From: Spirochaetia bacterium
GTDB taxonomy: Bacteria > Spirochaetota > Spirochaetia > UBA9216
NCBI GenBank assembly: GCA_965140585.1
Contig: OZ223267.1
Coordinates: 288,001 to 352,000 of the forward strand
DNA length: 64,000 nucleotides
Reading direction: 5' to 3'
Made by a program: the position numbers and the translations under genes. Below, piece after piece: positions 19,463 through 27,149 of this stretch; the first letter of the stretch is position 1; each line of letters opens with the position of its first letter. The notes below the pieces were generated by a model, which saw only the letters and a program-made list of their open reading frames with translations, searched no databases and was not told the DNA's origin.

Positions 19463-21409
19463 ATGGTTCAATTGTCGGAATTAAGAGAATTTATGCGTAA
19501 GCAGGCTGAATCGGACAGGGCCAGAAAAACCGTCCAGGTCAGCGGTCCGACAATTGAAGAGGCGCTTGAGCAGGCCTGTATTGAACTGGCTCTTCCCCTC
19601 AAAAAGATTGAATATGAAGTTCTTGAAAGTCCCTCAGGTGGTATCCTGGGTTACGGAAAAAAGAACTGCCTTCTGATAGCCTATGAAATAGCAGCGCAGA
19701 AGTCTGATGATTTTGATGAAGACGGATTTGATCTCGATTTTGATTCAGGCCTTTCAAGTCCCGAAGTTCCAAAAGACAGGGACGGCGAAATTATTGTAAA
19801 ACTCAGACAGGAAGGTGTTTTTGTAAAGGTTTACCCGCCTGTTGGAAAAGGAAATCCTGCAACAGAGCGCGATGCGGCAATGAAGATTAAAAGCAGGGGG
19901 ATTACCGAGTATGACCAGCATATGATGGTGAGTGCTGTTAAACAGGCGGATGGTGAGCTGGTCCGAATTGGCGATTACGCATATAATCCGATGAATGATT
20001 CAATCATCTCTGTGAATATTATAGATCTCGAGATGAAAGCTAATATTGTTATTAAAGAGCCTGGTCCGGGCGGTGCAGATGTTAATACTGAAAGCATAAT
20101 CGGCCTTTTAAAAGCCAATGGAATAATCCATGGCATTGATGAGGAAGAGATTGGGCGTATTGAAGATCATCCTGTATTTGATACCGCTCTGCTGGTTGCA
20201 GAAGGTTCGAAGCCCGTTAACGGTAATGATGCACGGATAATTTATAATTTTGACAGTCAGAATCTTCAGGTTTCACTCAAAGAGCGGCAGGGGAAGGTTG
20301 ATTTCAAGGAAATGAACCGAATCCAGAATGTTGTTGAAGGTCAGATTCTGGCCCGAAAGGTTCCTGCTGAGGAAGGTAAACCCGGACGAACTGTAACAGG
20401 AAAACTGCTTCCTGCTAAATCAGGTAATGATATCAGTTTTAACATAGGTAAAAATGTAAAACTTTCAGATGATAAGCAGACAGCGATTGCCGAAATAAAC
20501 GGACAGGTAATCATTATGGGTGATAAACTCACAGTTGAACCGGTTTACCTTGTTCAGGGTGATGTTAATCTTAAATCCGGCGGTAATATAATTTTTCTGG
20601 GATCTGTTATTGTTAAAGGCAGCGTAGAGGACGGTTTTAAGGTTAAGGCTTCAGGAAATATCGAAGTAATGGGTAATGTTGGAAAGTCTGAGATTGATGC
20701 TGAAGGTGAAGTTATTGTTCATCAGGGTATCAACGGAAAGACCGAAGGACAGGTCAGAGCCGGAAAGACTGTATGGTCGAAGTTTATTGAGAACGCAAAT
20801 GTTGAATCCGGTGATCTTGTAGTAGCGACTGACGGTATTATAAACTCAAATGTTGTTTCAAACCGGATGATCGTATGTATGGGTAAGCGTGCTACCATTG
20901 TTGGAGGAAGACTCCGGGCTACAGAGGAAATCCATGCTAAAACACTCGGCTCAGCCTCAGGATCAGAAACCATTCTTGAAGTGGGCTGGGATCCTAAAAG
21001 CAAGGAAAAGCTTGTTAATTTAGAAAAGAATATGGAAAGTCTGAATACTCAGATTGATGATATAGATAGAAACATCCTGACTCTTGAAAACTTCAAAAAG
21101 AAAAAGAAAAAACTTCCTGACGATAAGGAAGAATATCTGGCTGAGCTAAAACAGCAGAAGCAGGATGTTTATGAAGAGACACTCGAAATAAAAGAAGAAA
21201 TAGACAGTATCAAGGAATATCTTGCTTCTCTTAAATATGTTGGAAAAATATCAGCTGCTTCAAAGGTATTCCCCGGTGTAAGGGTAGTTATCAAGGATGC
21301 TCATATGAAGGTTCGTAATGATTACAACAGTGTAACTTTCATTAATGAAGAAGGTGATGTTCATACTGTTAAATATGAGGCTCCTGAAGAAGATTTTTCA
21401 AGGAAGTAG
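19463..21409 (+). CDS. FapA/DUF342 family protein with N-terminal Jag_N-like domain
   Basis: SGPTIEEAL...IEYEVLE..SGGILGYG (Jag_N-like); GDVN..GNI.F.GSVIVKGSV beta-helix repeats; IVGG motif and coiled coil. Confidence 0.85.
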   Translation: MVQLSELREFMRKQAESDRARKTVQVSGPTIEEALEQACIELALPLKKIEYEVLESPSGGILGYGKKNCLLIAYEIAAQKSDDFDEDGFDLDFDSGLSSPEVPKDRDGEIIVKLRQEGVFVKVYPPVGKGNPATERDAAMKIKSRGITEYDQHMMVSAVKQADGELVRIGDYAYNPMNDSIISVNIIDLEMKANIVIKEPGPGGADVNTESIIGLLKANGIIHGIDEEEIGRIEDHPVFDTALLVAEGSKPVNGNDARIIYNFDSQNLQVSLKERQGKVDFKEMNRIQNVVEGQILARKVPAEEGKPGRTVTGKLLPAKSGNDISFNIGKNVKLSDDKQTAIAEINGQVIIMGDKLTVEPVYLVQGDVNLKSGGNIIFLGSVIVKGSVEDGFKVKASGNIEVMGNVGKSEIDAEGEVIVHQGINGKTEGQVRAGKTVWSKFIENANVESGDLVVATDGIINSNVVSNRMIVCMGKRATIVGGRLRATEEIHAKTLGSASGSETILEVGWDPKSKEKLVNLEKNMESLNTQIDDIDRNILTLENFKKKKKKLPDDKEEYLAELKQQKQDVYEETLEIKEEIDSIKEYLASLKYVGKISAASKVFPGVRVVIKDAHMKVRNDYNSVTFINEEGDVHTVKYEAPEEDFSRK

Positions 21410-21411
21410 CT

Positions 21412-21741
21412 ATGTCAGTATCGCCTCTGGACATGCAGATTCTATACAGTAACCTGAAAAACGTCGGGCAGCAGCAGGCTGCTGAGCGTGCATCAGAACT
21501 GGCTCAGCAGCATAAGCAGGCAGATGAATCTGCCAAAAAGTCTGATGAAAAAGATCACCGGGTAGGTGAAGCAAAAGATGTAGACACCGGTATCGATAAG
21601 GTTAATGATAAGGATAAAAAGCAGGAAGAGCAGAAGGGCGCAAAGGACAAAGGTCAGAAGGATGAAGCCCAGAATGATAAGCCTGACGCTGAGTTTTTTG
21701 ATGACCCTGATATTGGACATAATATTGATATTTCAGGATAA
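21412..21741 (+). CDS. Hypothetical charged protein with C-terminal DPDIGHNIDI motif
   Basis: 109-aa ORF, 2 nt after fapA; SPLDMQ N-terminus. Confidence 0.75.
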   Translation: MSVSPLDMQILYSNLKNVGQQQAAERASELAQQHKQADESAKKSDEKDHRVGEAKDVDTGIDKVNDKDKKQEEQKGAKDKGQKDEAQNDKPDAEFFDDPDIGHNIDISG

Positions 21742-21746
21742 TCTCA

Positions 21747-22280
21747 GTGATTTTTAATATTGTTTTAATTCTTATAAATATAATAATTTTCTCTGTCATG
21801 TATATTGTACTGGTCAGACGAATTGACAGACATACTGATACCGAAAGAATATCGGAAAGCATAATAAAAGATCTTGATCAGGTTCTGGCAGAAATAAATC
21901 AGGCAACAAATCGTAATATTATGCTTATTGAAGATAAGCTTACGGAACTTAATACAACTGTGGAGACAGCTGAAGCCAGAATAAAACTTCTAAAGAAGAA
22001 TGAGATGCCCAGACCCGTTGAGATTGAGATTAAGGACGAACCAAAAAAGACCGAACTCACTTATTCCACTATAAATAAAATAACTAATTACAGCGGTATA
22101 GTCTCAACAGTTAAAAGTCAGGTTAAGTCTGAAGAGGGTAATGATTCAAAAAAGAAAATTATAGAGCTATATAAAAGCGGACTTGATTCCGGTCTTATAG
22201 CAGCAAGTCTCGGAGTTAACCGCGGTGAAGTTGAACTGATAATTTCCCTATATAAACAATCAAATTATATTCAGGATTAA
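21747..22280 (+). CDS. Membrane-anchored coiled-coil protein with C-terminal HTH (SwrB/YlxL-like)
   Basis: N-terminal TM, coiled coil, LYKSGLD...IAASLGVNRGEVELII C-terminus. Confidence 0.7.
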   Translation: MIFNIVLILINIIIFSVMYIVLVRRIDRHTDTERISESIIKDLDQVLAEINQATNRNIMLIEDKLTELNTTVETAEARIKLLKKNEMPRPVEIEIKDEPKKTELTYSTINKITNYSGIVSTVKSQVKSEEGNDSKKKIIELYKSGLDSGLIAASLGVNRGEVELIISLYKQSNYIQD

Positions 22281-22281
22281 T

Positions 22282-24102
22282 ATGAAAGATAACCGACTAC
22301 TAAAGACATTTATAAGCGATACAGGCATGCATATAAATAAGATCAATGATCTTCTAATTGCGATGGAGAATAATACTTCTGCACCTGAAGCTGTAAATGA
22401 ACTTTTCAGATATGTTCACTCAATTAAATCAGAGGCGGCTTATCTTGGTATAGACGATATTTCAGAGACAGCACATGATCTTGAAAATATCCTCGAAACA
22501 GTAAGATCTTCATCAACCCGCAGAATAGAAGAGAAGGAGCTTATCATGTTCTGCTATAAGGCTGTTGACCGTATCTCAGAGCAGCTGAAACGGGTTAAAG
22601 TTTCAGCTGTCGGTACCTTAAATAATGTTAGCAGTGAGGAAGAAAAAAAATACACTGATTTCGAAAAACTCCTGCTCAGGGAAGCCGAAGATCGCGATGA
22701 GAAGCTGTATGAAGTATGTTTCGGAATTTCTGAAGAAGAGTCAATGAAGTATGCAAGGGCATATCTGGCACTTAGTAATCTTGAAATGAAATATAATGTA
22801 ATTAAAACTATTCCTGAGCTCGATGAAAATGAGGAGAACTTTCCTGAAGCCATCATTGTAGTACTTTCATCCGGATCTGATGAACAGGAGATTATCAGGG
22901 ATTTAAATATCGATCAAATCAGCAATTTGAGGATTAAAAGACTGATATTTTCTGATGAATACGATGCCAGATTAGTATCCGAAGCTGCTGCTGATTTAGG
23001 TAAAAGTAAAGATAATATTTATAATGTTGATGCTTCAGAGATTGATGAAATAAACGATTATCTGGTTGAGATTCGACGGAGGATATCGGGGCTTTCCGGC
23101 TCATTTGGAGACTCCTCTGAACTGGACAGTATGGAAAATGAACTTAAGGGGTTGGAATCAATTTCAAGCGGTATTGCTTCGCTTATGGATCGGCTAAAAA
23201 TGGTTCAGTTTGCTGATCATTTTGCCTCCTATCGTAGATTGGTTCGGGATCTGGCAGATAAATCGGGCAAAAAAATTGAGCTTTTCATTGAAGGTGATCT
23301 TAAAATTTCAAGGGATTTCGCTGAATACCTTAAAGAGCCAATAATTCAGATTCTTAAAAATGCAATTGTACATGGAATTGAAGCTCCGGAAATGCGAAGC
23401 CGTAAAGGTAAGTCTCCGACAGGCAAAATTACTCTTGCGGTCAGAAAAAACTCAGAGTCTACAGTTATAACTGTCAGTGATGATGGTGCTGGAATTGATG
23501 AAAACATCTACAGCAGTAATGGAATAGGCCGCAGTGAGCATGCTGATGTCCTGAATATTATTTCTCAGCCCGGGTTCAGTTCTCTTGCCGAGAGTAATAA
23601 ACTGGGCGGACGCGGGGTTGGGCTTGACCTTGTTGTCCATGAACTTGAAAAAAAGAAGGGAAGGCTGGAACTTGTTAACAATCCCGGCCAGGGTTGTATA
23701 TTCCGGATGGTTTTCAGTGACTTCCAAAATGAGACTAAATACCTTGTTTTGAAATATCGTGATAATAACTACGCTGTTGAAATGAAACCCGGGATTGAAC
23801 CCGAAACATATAATCCTGCTGCAGTCACTGAAAACGGGATAAATTTTGAGATAGACGGTATCGGGCTGTACTCTCCTGAGGGACGTGTTTCAAATAACGA
23901 CAGTGAGGCTTCAGGCTGTAATACAATGCTTTATATAAAGAATCCAAGCGGTGAGGGCTATGTAGTTTTTGAAGAAGCCCTATTTGAAGTAAAATACGAT
24001 AAAAAAAGGATTGTGAAAACTGAACCTGCAGGAAAGAACTCCAGCTGGGTTAAGGTGGACAGTCAGCCTGCCGACTTCCTTCTGCTTGAAATGAAATTTT
24101 AG
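22282..24102 (+). CDS. Atypical CheA-like histidine kinase (HPt, P2, HATPase, degenerate C-terminus)
   Basis: LFRYVHSIKS HPt; MKYARAYL P2-like; ILKNAIVHGIE, DDGAGID, QPGFSS, GGRGVGLD. Confidence 0.8.
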   Translation: MKDNRLLKTFISDTGMHINKINDLLIAMENNTSAPEAVNELFRYVHSIKSEAAYLGIDDISETAHDLENILETVRSSSTRRIEEKELIMFCYKAVDRISEQLKRVKVSAVGTLNNVSSEEEKKYTDFEKLLLREAEDRDEKLYEVCFGISEEESMKYARAYLALSNLEMKYNVIKTIPELDENEENFPEAIIVVLSSGSDEQEIIRDLNIDQISNLRIKRLIFSDEYDARLVSEAAADLGKSKDNIYNVDASEIDEINDYLVEIRRRISGLSGSFGDSSELDSMENELKGLESISSGIASLMDRLKMVQFADHFASYRRLVRDLADKSGKKIELFIEGDLKISRDFAEYLKEPIIQILKNAIVHGIEAPEMRSRKGKSPTGKITLAVRKNSESTVITVSDDGAGIDENIYSSNGIGRSEHADVLNIISQPGFSSLAESNKLGGRGVGLDLVVHELEKKKGRLELVNNPGQGCIFRMVFSDFQNETKYLVLKYRDNNYAVEMKPGIEPETYNPAAVTENGINFEIDGIGLYSPEGRVSNNDSEASGCNTMLYIKNPSGEGYVVFEEALFEVKYDKKRIVKTEPAGKNSSWVKVDSQPADFLLLEMKF

Positions 24103-24114
24103 TTCAAAAAATTC

Positions 24115-24141
24115 TAAAGTTCAAAGCCGGTTTACCGATAT
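24115..24141 (+). promoter_or_regulatory. Sigma28-type promoter with no credible downstream protein gene
   Basis: TAAA(G)-N15-ACCGATAT versus consensus TAAA-N15-GCCGATAA/T. Confidence 0.7.
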
Positions 24142-24148
24142 TATTTTT

Positions 24149-24212
24149 AGGGTTGAACACCTTATTTGATAATTAACGGTATGCACATAACGTCCAGGCA
24201 TACCGTTTTTTT
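24149..24212 (+). ncRNA. Candidate sigma28-dependent small RNA (~65 nt)
   Basis: Bounded by the sigma28 promoter and an intrinsic terminator; complementary to flaB-flaG intergenic mRNA; ends predicted only. Confidence 0.55.
24175..24212 (+). terminator. Intrinsic terminator
   Basis: AACGGTATGC / 13-nt loop / GCATACCGTT; T run at 24206-24212. Confidence 0.8.
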
Positions 24213-24233
24213 ATGCCTTAAGTCTCCCTTAAT

Positions 24234-25244
24234 CTATACAGGGAGAATACAATTCTCAGGTTTCTTAAAGAAATCTTTATTTTCTTCAAGAATTTCATTA
24301 ATGGTTTCTTTCAGCCCGACTACAGCAGATGCTCCGAGCGGGAGTAACGCTCCTCCTCTGCAAAGATTCAAGATTTGGTCTTCTACGATGGATTTCATTT
24401 CATCTTTGGGAATTGCTCCCAGTTTTAGTGAAGCCATATCCATACCACCGGTTAACACAAGCCGATCTCCATATTTCTTTATAATACTCTCAATATCATT
24501 GATGGTCTGTACAGATGTCCAGTGTTCTATTCCTGCTTCTATCATTGAAGGGATCAGATTTTCGATTTTACCGCAGCTGTGAAACCTTAGAAAAATATTT
24601 TTCTCCTTACCAAACTCGGTCAGCCTTTTAATATGGGGTGCAAGAAGACTGTTCCAGACATCAGTACTGAAAAACTGATTTTCCTGATGGCCCCAGTCGT
24701 CGTGCAGCTCTATCTGATCAACAGGGTAGTATTCAAGGATTTTTTCCATAACTCTAATCTTGTGATCAACTACAGCGCTGAAAAAGTCAGAGGAGGCTTC
24801 AGGTTCGATCAGCAGCGCCATACATGCCTCCGACATCCCCATAAGTGCATGCATTCTTTCAAACGGACCGTTTAAAAGTGTAATATTGGCAAGTTTTTCA
24901 GGTATAAAGATATCTTTGTCTCTTTCTGCAGCAGCAGCCCAGTCTATTGCTTCCAAATCAGGAAATTTTACCTGTTCCTTCCATTTCTTTATATCAGTCA
25001 AAATTGGCGGATATTCATGGCTTACTGTGGCTGCACGTACGTGAGGCTGAAAAACCCAGTGTACCCCGAACCAGTCAAAACCGGTTCCTCCCAGGGCCTG
25101 TTCGATCGAACCGTCGCCGGGAGCCCTTTCTGCAATTTCGGGCGGAATATAGTTGACTTCATCCTGCCTTGCATTAGGAATCCACTCTGGGACCTGATGT
25201 GTCAACACTCTAATATAGTTTTCCTTGGGGGTTAAAGTTGACAT
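24234..25244 (-). CDS. Uroporphyrinogen decarboxylase-family protein (MtaA/CmuA methyltransferase-like)
   Basis: DWFGVHW, GPFERMHALMG, HDDWG, FHSCG, GGMD motifs. Confidence 0.8.
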   Translation of the reverse strand: MSTLTPKENYIRVLTHQVPEWIPNARQDEVNYIPPEIAERAPGDGSIEQALGGTGFDWFGVHWVFQPHVRAATVSHEYPPILTDIKKWKEQVKFPDLEAIDWAAAAERDKDIFIPEKLANITLLNGPFERMHALMGMSEACMALLIEPEASSDFFSAVVDHKIRVMEKILEYYPVDQIELHDDWGHQENQFFSTDVWNSLLAPHIKRLTEFGKEKNIFLRFHSCGKIENLIPSMIEAGIEHWTSVQTINDIESIIKKYGDRLVLTGGMDMASLKLGAIPKDEMKSIVEDQILNLCRGGALLPLGASAVVGLKETINEILEENKDFFKKPENCILPV

Positions 25245-25321
25245 AAGACTCTCCTTTATTTATTCAAAAATGAATTTTCTCAGATGTTTTCAGTATGTTA
25301 AACCTTACCCACGTGGTAAGG

Positions 25322-27148
25322 TCAAACAATTTTTTCAGAAAGTCTTACTAAAGCCTGGCCGGCAAGAATTCGATGGTAGGATGCTGCCTCATAGATTCCG
25401 AAATATAGTTTTTTAGAATTGGAGAGATAATCACCGTCGGTTTTTTCAAGAATTTCATTAAGTATCGGCTGCAGGATGAAACCGGCCAGCTCCTTGGAAG
25501 GAATTAATGAAATACTTCGATCAATTGATTCAAGTTTTTTTAAATATTCCGAAAGTCCCGGAGCATCCAGGCTAATCAGTTTCATAAGCTGAATGGCTTC
25601 ACCTGAGAGGGTTTCAAGGCTTTCACATTCAAGAATCATATTTTCAAGCATCGTAACAATACCTTTCAGCCCATTCTGACCAGATTCTGTACAATCAGTT
25701 ATAACTTTTATTTTAACGTTTTCGATGTTTTCCCTATGTTCCATTGCATCAAGAAGAGCATCTGATGATATGAAATCCATTCCATCTATCTTTATTCCAT
25801 ATGGTGAGAGATTATAGGTCACAGTCTCATTGTCAATTTTTAACTGGTTTTCAAACCACCACTTGTATATTATAAGCCGCTTATCTGTCAGGGTTTCAGT
25901 ACCCGAATTATTTTCTGTTTTAAAGGAGGAAGTACTGTTAAGGTAGGATGCAGTAAGCGAAGATGATGGTGTAAGCCTTGTAGAGGAAATTGCTATCAGC
26001 CTTGAGGAAAGGCTGTTTTTATAATGAGTTTTATTTCCTGGATATCCAAGATCCAGCCCTGCAGCATAGATTTCCCTGCAGCCGAGTCTTCTGGCTAAAT
26101 CCCAGGCACTTGTTGCTACAGATCCTCCGGCACCAAGAACTCCATGAATTCTTACATGTTCTTCAAACAGACTACCTAACGGAAACACAGATTTGCAGAA
26201 GTATACGGGAAGAGGGCAGTTTCTGAAAATCCCCGGGTGGGTTGAGCTTTCAGATACAAGAATACTGCTGCCGCTGAACACGCTGTCAGAAAGGCAGTTG
26301 TCAAGGTGCCTGGAGTTCAGATACTGCGGATCAACAACCACAATAAAATCAGGTGCAATTCGGGCATCCCTGAATGCCCTTACAGCAGTATCAACACAGA
26401 TTATTACAGCTCTCTTTTTCAATTCGGGCATCAAGGGCATTACAGAATCAAGCGAAGGTCCAGCTGCTGCTATTATTGCCGGAATGCCCTGAAAACGGCC
26501 GAACCAAGCACTGATATCCCCTGCATTCATAAGAGTCGGAATGTTGCGGAAAAGATTCCTGACCCAGGATTTACCAAAGCGGTTTATAGTATTACGGTTG
26601 GTTTCCTTCTTTGCTACATATTCATTAATATTTTCTTCCAGCCTGCTGAAATAGTCTTCGTTTATTCCTGACAGCTGTCGCAGTTTAAAGGTGAAAACCG
26701 GAAAAACATCAATCTGTTTCAATATACCCTGTATTGAAGAGGGTTCTGTATCAAGAAGAAAACCGGTTCTTGGTGATTTTATAATTTCAGCAAAATCTCG
26801 TGATTCAAGAGATTTTAAAAATATCCCGGGCTCCGGTTCTGCAATAAGTATTTGAAGATCAGGGTAGTTTTCAAGAAGTGCTTCTATATGATAACCAAGA
26901 CCGAAGCCGAAAACCACACAGATTCCAGAGCCGCTTATACCGCTGTTGCCTGCAAGTCTTGATGCCTCAGCTGCAGGAGCCCTTGAGGAGTGAAGCCAGA
27001 CATTATTAAGCTTTCCTGATACAGCTCCGTTTACACTTACAATAATTTCAAGATCTTCAGATGGTTTGTATCGGGATAATATTTCAGTTTCAAATCCTGG
27101 ATATTTTTCTTTCAGTGCATCAAGGTTTTTTCCGGTAAATACTGACAT
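25322..27148 (-). CDS. Motility-associated factor (Maf, DUF115) glycosyltransferase, probable flagellin glycosylation
   Basis: LHS...P, FGFGLGYH, AAAGPSLD, VVVDPQ, GGSVAT, GLDLGY motifs; ATG 1 nt after the PBP stop. Confidence 0.85.
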   Translation of the reverse strand: MSVFTGKNLDALKEKYPGFETEILSRYKPSEDLEIIVSVNGAVSGKLNNVWLHSSRAPAAEASRLAGNSGISGSGICVVFGFGLGYHIEALLENYPDLQILIAEPEPGIFLKSLESRDFAEIIKSPRTGFLLDTEPSSIQGILKQIDVFPVFTFKLRQLSGINEDYFSRLEENINEYVAKKETNRNTINRFGKSWVRNLFRNIPTLMNAGDISAWFGRFQGIPAIIAAAGPSLDSVMPLMPELKKRAVIICVDTAVRAFRDARIAPDFIVVVDPQYLNSRHLDNCLSDSVFSGSSILVSESSTHPGIFRNCPLPVYFCKSVFPLGSLFEEHVRIHGVLGAGGSVATSAWDLARRLGCREIYAAGLDLGYPGNKTHYKNSLSSRLIAISSTRLTPSSSLTASYLNSTSSFKTENNSGTETLTDKRLIIYKWWFENQLKIDNETVTYNLSPYGIKIDGMDFISSDALLDAMEHRENIENVKIKVITDCTESGQNGLKGIVTMLENMILECESLETLSGEAIQLMKLISLDAPGLSEYLKKLESIDRSISLIPSKELAGFILQPILNEILEKTDGDYLSNSKKLYFGIYEAASYHRILAGQALVRLSEKIV

Positions 27149-27149
27149 A

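Noticed and set aside
24167-24176. TGATAATTAA shared between the sRNA candidate and the start of flaB (61464-61473)
   Set aside because: Same sense as the mRNA, so not a pairing site, and AT-rich enough to be chance
24166-24582. 138-aa + strand ORF downstream of the orphan sigma28 promoter
   Set aside because: TTG start with no SD, runs through an intrinsic terminator, and is the antisense shadow of the UroD-family gene
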